A DNA stretch of 64,000 bases from Rickettsiales bacterium (GCA_002724555.1 PBOZ01000039.1:16229-80228); one strand, 5' to 3'. Counted from the first letter of the stretch, positions 1 through 10,125 are shown. Made by a program: numbers and translations. Notes: a model not told the origin generated them from the letters alone.

Positions 1-695
1 GCCTCCGTCATTGCCTTAAGCTCATTCATCAGTTTCTGAAACTCGGGCGGGGGAAGCGGCGAGGCCGCGGTGGCACCGACCGGGTGCCAACCATCGGCAT
101 ATTTTGCGGCTCGCCGCAACGCGGGCCGGCTGTGACCACCAATCCAGATCGGCGGGTGTGGTTTCTGCACTGGGTGTGGCACGCAGCGCAGTTCTTGGAA
201 GGAATAGAACTCTCCCTCGAAGGAAACTGGATCCTCCGTCCAGCATTTTTTGAAGATTTCAAGATATTCATTGCTGACGGCACCCCGTTTATCGAAATCA
301 GCTGCATGCAGCGCCTCGAACTCTTCCCGCAACCAGCCAACACCGACCCCAACAGTCACTCGGCCTTTGGATAGCACATCAATGGTCGCCAACATCTTTG
401 CTGTCATCACTGGATTCCGGTGCGGCAGGATCATCACGCTAGTCACCAATCGCGATGTGGTTGTAAGGGCCGCGACGAAGGACATGAGCGACAGCTGTTC
501 CAGCGCGTCGCCCTGCCCCGGAAAGCCACCGTCGACCGTATAGGGGTACGGTGATTCGACCTTGGTTGGGAAGACAATGTGATCCGCAATAACGATGGTC
601 GCGAACCCCATCGACTCGCCTTGGCCAACCATTTCTCCGATGGCGTCAGGCTCGCTCAGTGGGCCTCGAGTTGGCAGATAATATCCGTATCGCAT
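1..695 (-). CDS. LLM-class (luciferase-like) flavin/F420-type oxidoreductase, 3' end outside the window
   Basis: The frame is open from ATG 695 to the window edge, which is why the ORF track misses it. GGAGG sits 6 nt upstream. Hand translation MRYGYYLPTRGPLSEPDAIGEMV...ADHIVFP...VGVGVGWLREEFEAL...KPHPPIWIGG is a paralog of the ORF at 41604-42545. Confidence 0.8.
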   Translation of the reverse strand, partial: MRYGYYLPTRGPLSEPDAIGEMVGQGESMGFATIVIADHIVFPTKVESPYPYTVDGGFPGQGDALEQLSLMSFVAALTTTSRLVTSVMILPHRNPVMTAKMLATIDVLSKGRVTVGVGVGWLREEFEALHAADFDKRGAVSNEYLEIFKKCWTEDPVSFEGEFYSFQELRCVPHPVQKPHPPIWIGGHSRPALRRAAKYADGWHPVGATAASPLPPPEFQKLMNELKAMTE

Positions 696-717
696 GTTTT
701 GTCCTCCGAGAATCGAA

Positions 718-1929
718 TTAGCGGTGCTGCGGTCGATCTCCAAATATTTTAGCGTACGCTGCCTGCGTAACTGCGCCGCCTTGGTTGATCGGCATTTCCC
801 TCTGTTTTTCGCGTTGACGCAGCCGGTAACCATATTCATGTGGCATCTGGCCGTAAGGGTCGACGGCGCCAAGTTCTTTCGCCGCATGTGCCGCCCAGCC
901 AGCATTCCAAAGGAACTCCCTTGCCAAGGCGACAAGATCAGCGCGGCCAGACTGCAGGATATCTTCTGCCTGTTGCGCTTCAGTAATACCTCCTACGGCT
1001 ATAGTCATGATTGCTGCCTCCCGGCGCACCCGCTCCGCAAAACCCGCTTGAAACTGTTCGATCCGAGGCACCATCGGCATTTCGCTTTCACCGGCAATAC
1101 CACCAGAGGAACAATCGACAAGATCGATATCGCGGTCCTTCAGCTCTTTAGAGAGCGCAACCGTGTCATCAAGATCCCAAATACCCCCCTCCCCATCAAC
1201 AGCAGAAACACGGAAAAAAAGCGGCTTTTCTTTTGGCCAAGCATCACGGACAACCTCCGCCACTTCCAGCGCAAAACGCATGCGGCCCGGACGGTCACCG
1301 CCGTACGAATCGTTACGGTGATTACTGACTGGCGAGAGAAACTGATGTATCAGGTAGCCGTGCGCACCGTGAATTTCTAAAATATCATAGCCCGCATCCA
1401 TGCTCCGCCGGGTTGCCTCGCACCAGGCATCGAGGACCGTACGGATATCGTCCCGATCCATTGCTTTCGGAGTGAAACGGCGCGGTAACTGATCGAGCGC
1501 ACTCGGCGCCAATCCCTGCCAAGGAGGCATGCCATCGGCAGCATCCTTATCCTCAAGCGGCCGCCAATCCTCCGTCGCTGTGTGGCAAGATGCCTTGCGG
1601 CCCGCGTGACCTAATTGGATGGCGGGGACGGCGTCCTGTTCCTTAATAAAGTCGGTCAGTCTCCGGTACATCGGAATGTGTTTATCTTTCCAAATACCAG
1701 CGCATTTATAGGTTTTGCGGCCTCGCGCTTCTATACCGGTTTCTTCACCAAAGATGATACCAGCTCCGCCGACGGCTAACCGGCCGATATGCATCATCTG
1801 CCAATCGCCAGGGCTACCATCGTCCGAGTTGTACTGACACATAGGCGAGACAACGATCCGGTTCTTAGATGTCACACCACGAATTGTGATCGGCGTGAAC
1901 AACAGCGGCTGTGGCCCAACATCCGGCAT
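718..1929 (-). CDS. NADH:flavin oxidoreductase, Old Yellow Enzyme family
   Basis: 403-aa ORF with OYE-like N-terminus LFTPITIRGVTSKNRIVVSPMCQY and the AIQLGHAGRK motif. GGAGAT RBS lies upstream. Confidence 0.9.
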   Translation of the reverse strand: MPDVGPQPLLFTPITIRGVTSKNRIVVSPMCQYNSDDGSPGDWQMMHIGRLAVGGAGIIFGEETGIEARGRKTYKCAGIWKDKHIPMYRRLTDFIKEQDAVPAIQLGHAGRKASCHTATEDWRPLEDKDAADGMPPWQGLAPSALDQLPRRFTPKAMDRDDIRTVLDAWCEATRRSMDAGYDILEIHGAHGYLIHQFLSPVSNHRNDSYGGDRPGRMRFALEVAEVVRDAWPKEKPLFFRVSAVDGEGGIWDLDDTVALSKELKDRDIDLVDCSSGGIAGESEMPMVPRIEQFQAGFAERVRREAAIMTIAVGGITEAQQAEDILQSGRADLVALAREFLWNAGWAAHAAKELGAVDPYGQMPHEYGYRLRQREKQREMPINQGGAVTQAAYAKIFGDRPQHR

Positions 1930-1949
1930 AACTGATCTCCACCCAATGC

Positions 1950-2357
1950 TTAGCTAAATTGCTGTGCAGAGATCGCAGGATGATAGATCGGCTGGATAAC
2001 GTTCCCAGCTGGGTCCTTTATATGGAAACTCCGCGCACCATCCGCGTGGTCATGCGGCTGGTCCATGATTGGCACGTCACCCCGGCTCGAGAAGTAGGCA
2101 TGCCACGCGTCAAGCGAATCTTTATCCTCGACGATAAAACCGTAATGATCGAAGGTCGATCCCCGGGCCGATGCATCATCAACGCGCGCCAGCGAAAGGT
2201 TGTCGTTACCACAGGTCAAATAGACAAGATTCTCATTGGCACGGTAAAGCAGTTCCATACCCATGACATCTTTGTAAAACTCTTCACATTCTTCGAGATT
2301 GGTCACCCGAAACGCTACATGGCGTATCCCGCGAAAAGCAGAAGGGCGTTCGGTCAT
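1950..2357 (-). CDS. VOC (glyoxalase/bleomycin-resistance/dioxygenase) family protein
   Basis: The ~135-aa product has the VOC-like start GIRHVAFRVTNLEE...FYKDVMGM. The ATG at 2357 is preferred over the GTG at 2360. Confidence 0.8.
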   Translation of the reverse strand: MTERPSAFRGIRHVAFRVTNLEECEEFYKDVMGMELLYRANENLVYLTCGNDNLSLARVDDASARGSTFDHYGFIVEDKDSLDAWHAYFSSRGDVPIMDQPHDHADGARSFHIKDPAGNVIQPIYHPAISAQQFS

Positions 2358-2447
2358 CACTCAGCTCCAATCCAATTGCTTATAGTTCTAGGATATACAG
2401 CGATCTGAGGGTTTGGCCATCATTGGGTGGTTCAAATTAGGCATTCC

Positions 2448-3113
2448 TTAAATCGACCCTTGCGCCTGCTTTTGACGTTCGCGGAATTCCGCCTTGCCAA
2501 TATTTGCCGCTCGTTCAACTGCAGGACGCCCGCCAACACGTTTAAACCAGGCCCGCAGGTTTGCGAAATCACGCAGCTCGATCCCATAGGCTTTATAGCC
2601 GCGGATCCAAGGCCAACACGCCATATCAGCGATCGAGAAATCACCGGCCAGGAAATCGCGGTCCGCGAGCCGGCCGTCCATCACACCGTAGAGCCGGATC
2701 ACCTCGTTGGTGTAGCGATCGACAGCGTACTCAATTTTGTCAGCCTTGTAATTTCGAAAATGCGCCGCCTGACCCGCCATAGGCCCCAGCCCGCCCATCT
2801 GCCAAAACAACCATTGCTCAACCTCGCTGCGCATGCGTTGCTCAACGGGATAGAACTGGCCCGTCTTGTTACCAAGGTATTGTAGGATCGCACCCGACTC
2901 AAAAATCGAAATTGGCTCTCCCTCCGGCCCATCCGGATCAACGATGGCCGGCATCCGCCCGTTTGGCGAAAGCTCTAGGAAAGCCGGTTCGAACTGCTCG
3001 TCTTGCGAAAGGTCAACATAGGATATCTCGTATGGTAACCCACACTCCTCAAGCATGAGCGTGATTTTCCAGCCATTCGGCGTAGGCCAAAAATAAAGAT
3101 CAATAGGCGCCAT
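2448..3113 (-). CDS. Glutathione S-transferase (YfcG/Nu-class-like)
   Basis: IDLYFWPTPNGWKITLMLEE...LSPNGRMPAIVD...ESGAILQYL is a typical GST N-terminal thioredoxin-like domain. AAGGAA RBS lies upstream. Confidence 0.85.
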   Translation of the reverse strand: MAPIDLYFWPTPNGWKITLMLEECGLPYEISYVDLSQDEQFEPAFLELSPNGRMPAIVDPDGPEGEPISIFESGAILQYLGNKTGQFYPVEQRMRSEVEQWLFWQMGGLGPMAGQAAHFRNYKADKIEYAVDRYTNEVIRLYGVMDGRLADRDFLAGDFSIADMACWPWIRGYKAYGIELRDFANLRAWFKRVGGRPAVERAANIGKAEFRERQKQAQGSI

Positions 3114-3638
3114 TTTACGTAATTCCTTTTTTGACCAATATTCGAATAGATAGAGTTTTCCTAGCTAAATTTCCAATAATTAAGACCAAAGCCGCATACC
3201 GTTCCCCGGGACATTCATCCATTAAATACGGCCTTTACCATCTAATCTTTTATATTCGCCCAATTGAACGGGCCAACTTATTCCTGTTTTCTTAAATTTA
3301 ATATTTTTATTGTGCCTTCTCGAGGCAAGGTTTTCCTCGTTGTGAGACAGTATATAAATTTTGACGATTACAATCATTCTTTGATGACACTAGGTAGGTT
3401 TACCGGCTGACCCGAACCATCGTGTATCGGGCCGTCACAGGCAGAAATTTCAGTCTAAAGGTTTCAAGCCAACCGCACCTTGTAACCTGAAACAGTGATC
3501 GGCTGCATCTCGTTCGTGCTCCAATTCGCCATATCTTTACCCAAACCATGAATAAGGTTCTCATTCACGTCAGACCAACGCGTTGCTGCAACTACGGCCA
3601 AATTGTTTCGATATTTCGACCTAAGCGAGGAGTTCCCG

Positions 3639-4790
3639 ATGACTGAACCTTTGGACTTACTGGACCCAATCCACTACGAGGCTGTGCGACGTGCCTCCGC
3701 CGAAGCCGCACCACTACCAAACTGGTGCTACACCTCAGCAAACTGGTATGCATTCGAGGTCGAACGAATCTTCATGAAGGTCTGGAATTATGTCGGTCAC
3801 ACCAGCCAAGTGCCACACTTAGGAGACTTCTTTACCTTAGAGGTTGCAGGCGCACCGATTATCGTAATCCGCGGCGATGACGGCGAGGTCCGCGCATTCC
3901 ACAATTCCTGCCGCCACCGGGGCTCCAGAATCGCTTGGGGCAAAGGCAATTGTAAAGCATTAACCTGTCCCTACCATACCTGGACCTACGCTCGAGATGG
4001 TGCCTTGATCGCAACTCCACTCATCGAAGAAGATGATCACATTTGCTACGCCGATCTTGGTCTACTGCCGGTCCGCATGGAGTTTTGGCACGGCTTTGCT
4101 TTTGTCAATTTCGACGATAATGCCACGACACTCTTAGATTGGCTCGGCGATCTGCCCAAAACTTGCGCTTCATATAACCCAGAAACCATGACCTGTACTC
4201 GCCGGAAGGTCTATGAGGGAGTGAAAGCGAACTGGAAACTGCATTTCGAAAATTTTAATGATTCCCTGCACATTCCTTTTGTGCACGGTGGCACCTTGAA
4301 CCGGCAAAACGTCTCTGGACGGGCACGGCGTACCCATGAGGAATTTAGAGGCCAATGCGTCGTCCATTTCACTAAGCATAAGGGTAGCCGTGGATTGCTA
4401 GAGGGCGACACCGGCTTCCCCCGTATCGACAGCCTGACAGGACGGTATCAGGAGGGTACTTGGTATCCCTGCATACTGCCGGCCACGATGATGGCCTGGA
4501 CGATAGACTGCATGTTCCTATTCGAGCTGTGGCCACGTGGCCCAGAATGCGTTGATGTTGCAATTTGTTCTTTCTTCCCAGAAGACCGGACGGCACAACC
4601 TGACTTCGAAGAAAAAGCCGCAAAATATTACGAGCGTCTAGATGTCATCCTGCCGGAGGACAACGATGCAGTTGAGCTTCAGCAACAAGGTCTCCATTCC
4701 CCTGTCAATGCAGCCGCACGTTTCACCCATATGGAAACCCTTTGCCACGCCTTCGATAACTGGATACTCGACCTTGTTCTCGATACTTAG
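3639..4790 (+). CDS. Rieske [2Fe-2S] aromatic-ring-hydroxylating-type oxygenase, alpha subunit
   Basis: Rieske motif CRHRGSRI...CPYHTWTY and mononuclear iron motif ENFNDSLHIPFVH. The ATG at 3639 with a GAGGAG RBS is preferred over the track's TTG at 3603. Confidence 0.88.
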   Translation: MTEPLDLLDPIHYEAVRRASAEAAPLPNWCYTSANWYAFEVERIFMKVWNYVGHTSQVPHLGDFFTLEVAGAPIIVIRGDDGEVRAFHNSCRHRGSRIAWGKGNCKALTCPYHTWTYARDGALIATPLIEEDDHICYADLGLLPVRMEFWHGFAFVNFDDNATTLLDWLGDLPKTCASYNPETMTCTRRKVYEGVKANWKLHFENFNDSLHIPFVHGGTLNRQNVSGRARRTHEEFRGQCVVHFTKHKGSRGLLEGDTGFPRIDSLTGRYQEGTWYPCILPATMMAWTIDCMFLFELWPRGPECVDVAICSFFPEDRTAQPDFEEKAAKYYERLDVILPEDNDAVELQQQGLHSPVNAAARFTHMETLCHAFDNWILDLVLDT

Positions 4791-4873
4791 TCGCCCAATT
4801 TCATCGGGCGTTTATTGTAGGCCTGTAAACCCTCTCCAATAATGTTCGAGCTCGGGTGTAAGCAAACAAAGCG

Positions 4874-5040
4874 TCAACTAAGCCCTCCAAGGTCAACAGC
4901 AATGCATCGATTTCGAGATGAAAATATAGCAACCTGAGCTTTCCAACCCTTTCGATTGCAACCGAAAGTGTGAATAAAGATCAGTACCGATAAACCGTGC
5001 CCAAAATCCAAATGAAAAATGCGTTTCATTGCGTCTATTT
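4874..5040 (-). pseudogene. Alpha/beta-hydrolase N-terminal fragment (gene remnant)
   Basis: LSVLIFIHTFGCNRKGWKAQVAIFSSRNRCIAVDLGGLS* matches only the first ~55 residues of the alpha/beta-hydrolase fold (HG..W...DlrGhG). The nucleophile elbow and the remaining ~200 aa are absent. The 5' end overlaps the neighbouring gene. Confidence 0.4.
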
Positions 5041-5048
5041 CGGCAATT

Positions 5049-6527
5049 CTAACCGGTAACTGCGTTAAATTCATCGATTAGACTATCCCAAACCGGAACA
5101 AATTCCATCATGCCATCCCAGTAATTTTGGTCACGCCGCGCATCAAAATCTTTCAGAGAGATCCCTTGCTGTTCGACCCAAGTGTAATAACCAAGATTAA
5201 AAATCGCTTCGCGGTTAGGTTGGATTAATTCCTTCATATTGTCTGTCGTAGCACCCAACAGGTACCGCCCAAAAATCTCGGCCGCTGTCAGGGCGTCGAA
5301 ATTTCCACCAAATTTGTCGTGCAATGCTTTGTCCAGCTCCGTCCGATACAATTCGGATCCATCCGTTGCCAACGTCAGAACCACATCATCGGATCTGAGC
5401 TTCTGATATTTCGCGTATTTGATTGCGGCGAGTATATTGGCGATTGACGAGAGTCCCAAATCAGCCAATGCGCCGAGCGCTTTCTGTCCAAGGCCAGTTC
5501 GACTCGCCAGATACCGTCGCCCTGGCGAGGTGTTGAATAAAAGGTTCAATGCATCCGAAGCTTTGTCTGACACCGCTATAATATAATCAGTATTAAAAGC
5601 ATTATGGATGAAGGGCACGTGCCTGTCCCCAACCCCTTGGATGTTATGCTCCCCATACCCGTTCAATAGCAAAGTCGGACACTCAAGTGCCTCGACCGCG
5701 CAAATATCAAGACCTAAAACCGCTTTTAAATGATCACCGGCAGCAAGCGTACCGGCCGAACCGGTCGCGGAGACAAACGCCCGCGCCCGCAAATCACAAT
5801 CTCCCCGGACCTTCCTGAAAATTTGTTCAATCGCAGGCCCCGTAATAGCGCGATGCGCAATGTAGTTACCGAACTCCTTAAATTGATTAAGTATTATGTT
5901 TTTAGGGTCTGCAGCTAATTCATAGCAGGCGTCATAAATCTCTTTTACGTTACTTTCGCTGCCAGCTGTCCGCACGATGTCGCCCGGCTCCCGCACCCAT
6001 TCTTCCAACCATAGAAACCGCTCGCGGCTCATTCCTTCCGGTAAAACCGCGACGCCGCGGCAACCCAATATCGTAGAGATTGCAACCCCACCTCGACAAT
6101 AGTTTCCAGTCGACGGCCAAACGGCCCGGTGATATGTTGGATCGAATTGGCCCGTCACAAGACGCGGCACAAGACAACCATATGCAGCCAAAACTTTGTG
6201 CGCTCCGATCATCGGAAAACGATTACCAATTGCGACAACAATTTTTGCATCGACACCGGTCAACTCGTTTGGCAAAATGATATGTTCCGGTACCTCGACC
6301 AAGCTCCGCCGATCCGCGGCGTTATACCAATGAACGCGAAATAGATTGCGAGCGTCCGCACTATCAGGATCGACGGATGCAAGATCTAACTGCACCCGGC
6401 CTTGTGTCACATGTGGATCCACCAGATCTTGAAGGCGTGGCAGCCGAATTCCCGAAGCCGAAAAGTATTCTGCGGCCCGATCGCGGATGTGCTGATCGAC
6501 AACATTCCGCTCTAGTCCGATACTCAT
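5049..6527 (-). CDS. PLP-dependent enzyme, tryptophan-synthase-beta/cysteine-synthase fold (long form), function unknown
   Basis: The 492-aa product has candidate PLP-Lys motif PMIGAHKV, Gly-rich loop SATGSAGTLAAG, and N- and C-terminal extensions. ATG 6527 is preceded by GGAGGGA. Confidence 0.75.
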   Translation of the reverse strand: MSIGLERNVVDQHIRDRAAEYFSASGIRLPRLQDLVDPHVTQGRVQLDLASVDPDSADARNLFRVHWYNAADRRSLVEVPEHIILPNELTGVDAKIVVAIGNRFPMIGAHKVLAAYGCLVPRLVTGQFDPTYHRAVWPSTGNYCRGGVAISTILGCRGVAVLPEGMSRERFLWLEEWVREPGDIVRTAGSESNVKEIYDACYELAADPKNIILNQFKEFGNYIAHRAITGPAIEQIFRKVRGDCDLRARAFVSATGSAGTLAAGDHLKAVLGLDICAVEALECPTLLLNGYGEHNIQGVGDRHVPFIHNAFNTDYIIAVSDKASDALNLLFNTSPGRRYLASRTGLGQKALGALADLGLSSIANILAAIKYAKYQKLRSDDVVLTLATDGSELYRTELDKALHDKFGGNFDALTAAEIFGRYLLGATTDNMKELIQPNREAIFNLGYYTWVEQQGISLKDFDARRDQNYWDGMMEFVPVWDSLIDEFNAVTG

Positions 6528-6663
6528 CCGCCGTCCCTCCAAGAGTTATCCGTTCGTCGTTGGTAGATCTTCGCGGCCCTAACATCAAGCTGACCGGTCG
6601 ATTTCAAATAAATAGCGCCTACATCTGTTATCCCGAGAAGTAGTTAGAACTGGGAGAGAGAAA

Positions 6664-7473
6664 ATGCTTGAGCAAGCTGCCGATTTTCGAGCTGAAAGCG
6701 ATGTACTTTATGATTTGCTCAACCCGCTGAGCGAGGCCGAATTTAAACGCCCCACACTTTTCAAAGAATGGACGGCCAACGACATCCTCGCACACTTACA
6801 CTGGGGTAATATGCAAGCCGACCTCTCACTCAATGACGAGGCGAAGTTTCTCAAAAAATTTGAAGCTATGAAAAAGCTGCGGGAAACCGGAGCTGGAATG
6901 ACGATGCGGGCGTCGACAGATCTGATGCTGGAGGGTTTAAGCGGCAAAAAGCTGCTCAATACGTGGCGCGAATTCTATGGGCCGATGAGCGATCGCTTCG
7001 CGAGCGCCGACCCAAAAAAACGCGTTAAATGGGTCGGCCCAGATATGAGCGTGCGCTCCAGCATCACCGCTCGACTGATGGAAACGTGGTCACATGGCCA
7101 AGCGGCCTTCGATCTCTTCCGGGTGGAACGGAAAGAGACCGACCGGATCAAGAACGTCGCGGTCCTTGGTGTTAACACCTTCGATTGGACTTTTGTAAAT
7201 CGGGGCGAAGCCGTCCCAAAACCAAAACCCTATGTGCGCCTTACAGGTCCTTCAGGTGCCATTTGGGAGTGGAACGAACCTTCGAACGAGCAACGCATTG
7301 AGGGGTCCGGCTTGGAGTTTTGCCAGGTTGTCACTCAGACCCGCAGTATCGGCGACACGGCATTGAAAGTGACCGGGTCCATAGCGACAAAATGGATGGC
7401 AATCGCACAATGTTTCGCTGGCCCCGTAAACCCTCCACCCGCCGCCGGCGCCCGGCATATGGCAAAAAATTAA
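6664..7473 (+). CDS. DinB/maleylpyruvate-isomerase-N-domain family protein (TIGR03084-like)
   Basis: The N-terminus FKEWTANDILAHLHWGN is typical of the DinB-like metal-binding fold. The protein is 269 aa. GGGAGAGAG RBS lies upstream. Confidence 0.72.
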   Translation: MLEQAADFRAESDVLYDLLNPLSEAEFKRPTLFKEWTANDILAHLHWGNMQADLSLNDEAKFLKKFEAMKKLRETGAGMTMRASTDLMLEGLSGKKLLNTWREFYGPMSDRFASADPKKRVKWVGPDMSVRSSITARLMETWSHGQAAFDLFRVERKETDRIKNVAVLGVNTFDWTFVNRGEAVPKPKPYVRLTGPSGAIWEWNEPSNEQRIEGSGLEFCQVVTQTRSIGDTALKVTGSIATKWMAIAQCFAGPVNPPPAAGARHMAKN

Positions 7474-7555
7474 ACGGATCTAGCAATTCAACAAACCTAG
7501 AACCTAAACCCAAGCATAATTATCCTCAACTTAGGGACTTACAAAAGATATCAGT

Positions 7556-8803
7556 ATGTCTGGAAGAATTGGAAAGGCAGACAACGTCAACGACGAACTC
7601 GGAAGCGACAGCGCGTCAAGGGATGAACGCTGGGCGCTAAGTTTGATTAGCTGCGGCCACTATCTCAGCCATTTCTACGGCCTGGTATTGCCGCCATTAT
7701 TCCCGCTGCTAAAAACAGAATTCGGCATCAGCTATATCGAGCTCGGCCTCGCCATTACGGCATACAGTTTATTAGGTGGTATTCTGCAAGCACCTGTAGG
7801 CTTTCTCGTCGACCGCCTCGGGCCGAGCCGGGTGCTTTTGTCTGGTATGGCGCTCATCGCCGCATCCATTCTGCTTATGGGCTTCGTTTCCTCCTACTGG
7901 ATGCTTCTAATGCTCGCCATATTTGCTGGGCTTGGAAACAGCGTCTTCCACCCAGCGGACTATGCGATTCTGGCCGGCTCGATTGGCGAAAAGCGGCTGG
8001 GGCGGGCATATTCGATGCATACCTTTTCGGGCTTTCTCGGAGGAGCCTGTGCACCTGTCGCGATGCTGGCACTTGCGGCCCAGTGGGATTGGCGAATGGC
8101 CCTGATTATAACCGGCGGTATCGGTCTTATAGTGTTCGCGATAATGGCGATCCGTCGTGATGTCCTCATCGGTGAAGAGAAGGCTGAAACAGGCACAATT
8201 GCCGACGACAAATCTTCTTCTGGACTAGCGTTACTGGCGACGGCGCCAGTTCTATTATTTTTAGTTTTTTTCATCCTTTACGGCATTGCAAGTAGCGGAC
8301 TTATCGCTTTTATCTCAAGTGGACTGATGGAGCTGCACGGCATTGGACTAGAAGCCGCGAATACAGCGCTTACCGCACACCTTTTTGGGGTCGTCGGTGG
8401 CATTCTTCTTACTGGATTGATCGCCGACCGGTATTCCCGGCATATTGTGACCGGCGGTGCCGCTCTAGTCCTAGCAACAATCGCAACGCTGCTGCCAACA
8501 ATCGGTATTTCCTCAGAAATCGGCCTTATAGTTGTTATGACACTCGCCGGTATTGGGCTTGGCGGCGTGCTGCCACCTCGCGACCTGATGCTCAACGCCA
8601 TGATCCCGCGAGGCCAAACCGGAAAGGTTTTCGGCTTTGTTTTTGTCGGCTATTCACTGGGATACAGCGTCGCTCCGCCAGCACTTGGCGCCTATCTCGA
8701 TTTGGGACAGCCGGCAATGGTCTTCATCGGATGCGCAGGATTTGCCGCCTTATCGTTAGTCGCCATCATTACAGCAAATATCATGGCGGAACGGAAATCC
8801 TAG
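7556..8803 (+). CDS. MFS transporter
   Basis: 415 aa with about 12 predicted hydrophobic helices and the MFS loop motif GFLVDRLGPSRVL. Confidence 0.85.
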   Translation: MSGRIGKADNVNDELGSDSASRDERWALSLISCGHYLSHFYGLVLPPLFPLLKTEFGISYIELGLAITAYSLLGGILQAPVGFLVDRLGPSRVLLSGMALIAASILLMGFVSSYWMLLMLAIFAGLGNSVFHPADYAILAGSIGEKRLGRAYSMHTFSGFLGGACAPVAMLALAAQWDWRMALIITGGIGLIVFAIMAIRRDVLIGEEKAETGTIADDKSSSGLALLATAPVLLFLVFFILYGIASSGLIAFISSGLMELHGIGLEAANTALTAHLFGVVGGILLTGLIADRYSRHIVTGGAALVLATIATLLPTIGISSEIGLIVVMTLAGIGLGGVLPPRDLMLNAMIPRGQTGKVFGFVFVGYSLGYSVAPPALGAYLDLGQPAMVFIGCAGFAALSLVAIITANIMAERKS

Positions 8804-9975
8804 GCCCGCATATTCTTCCGAGCTTCGTCGATATCCCAATGCAAGAAGTCGGGACCAAGTTGGTCAAGCGCCGGACAACCAAGCTGCTTCATGTTTGTTT
8901 CGATTTCTGATCTTACGATCTCAACCGCCTTAGAGGCACCAAGCTCGCCACCGGCTATACACCCATAAAGCGTCGGACGGCCCACAAAAACGAATTTAGC
9001 ACCCATGCAAAGTGCAATCATAATGTCAGCGCCGCGACGCACCCCACCGTCTAGCATCAGCGTCATACGATCGCCCACCGCTGCATCAATTGCGGGCAAA
9101 ACATCGAGCGGCGCGGGTGCTCGATCCAGCTGCCGGGCACCATGATTAGATATCATTAACCCGTCGACCCCGACCTCTGCTGCCCGCAAGGCGTCGTCCA
9201 CCCGCATGACGCCCTTAAGAACGAGATTACCAGTCCAAAGTTGGCGAAATTTCTCGATATCCTTCCAAGTAAGTGCCCCAGGGAACTGATTGGAGACGAA
9301 TTCGCCAACCTCCTCCGCATTTGAACCTTCCGGCGCGTATTGCTCCCAGTTCGCAAGCATAGCAATGCCGTTTGTCAGATAATCCTTCAACCACAATGGA
9401 TGTTTAAGAGCGTTAAACTTGCACTCCCAAGTGAGTTTCAGTGGTCGACCAAATCCGTTACGCTTATTACGCTCGCGATTGCCGCTGGCCGGAACATCGA
9501 CCGTAATTACCAAGGTCTTGATGCCCAGATCTTGGGCGCGCTTGACCTGATCTTCAGAGATCGACCGATCTTTTGCAGTGTAGAGTTGATACCAGCCATG
9601 GTCCGGACATTCTCGGGCCATATCTTCCATTCTCGCTGTCGCAGCACCTGACATTATGAAAGGTATATTCGCGTCGCGTGCCGCACGCGCCAACATTAGG
9701 TCGCCTTGATGGCGATAGTTGGATATGCCCCCAGTTGGGGCAATCCCATAGGCGCTTGAATAGGTCTGGCCAAATAATTCAGTATCTTGATTAATCGTCG
9801 TAATATCGACCATGTAGCGCGGCACCAAAGCACGCTGACGAAAGGCGTCTTCATTGCGAACCAAACCGGCTTCATCTTCAGAACCACCTTCAATAAAATC
9901 GTATATGAGCTTCGGCACCCGCTTCTTGGCAAGAATCCGCAGATCATCGAGGTTGATGCAATCTTCGACATTCAT
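8800..9975 (-). CDS. FMN-dependent alpha-hydroxy-acid oxidase/dehydrogenase (glycolate oxidase/L-lactate dehydrogenase family)
   Basis: Family signature ISNHGARQLD and TIM-barrel FMN-binding regions. The second ATG at 9975 has a GGGGAA RBS. The track start is 9993. Confidence 0.88.
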   Translation of the reverse strand: MNVEDCINLDDLRILAKKRVPKLIYDFIEGGSEDEAGLVRNEDAFRQRALVPRYMVDITTINQDTELFGQTYSSAYGIAPTGGISNYRHQGDLMLARAARDANIPFIMSGAATARMEDMARECPDHGWYQLYTAKDRSISEDQVKRAQDLGIKTLVITVDVPASGNRERNKRNGFGRPLKLTWECKFNALKHPLWLKDYLTNGIAMLANWEQYAPEGSNAEEVGEFVSNQFPGALTWKDIEKFRQLWTGNLVLKGVMRVDDALRAAEVGVDGLMISNHGARQLDRAPAPLDVLPAIDAAVGDRMTLMLDGGVRRGADIMIALCMGAKFVFVGRPTLYGCIAGGELGASKAVEIVRSEIETNMKQLGCPALDQLGPDFLHWDIDEARKNMRA

Positions 9976-10125
9976 GATATTTCCCCTGAACATGGCGTAC
10001 GAACTTCGGCCCGGACAGGTTTCAAATTAGCCCAAACGCGAATAAGGGCTAGGGTTTATGCACTGCGCGTTCCTTCTCAAAGTCAGCCAGCTCGCCTACA
10101 TCGTAATTGAAACGATGACCCGAGC

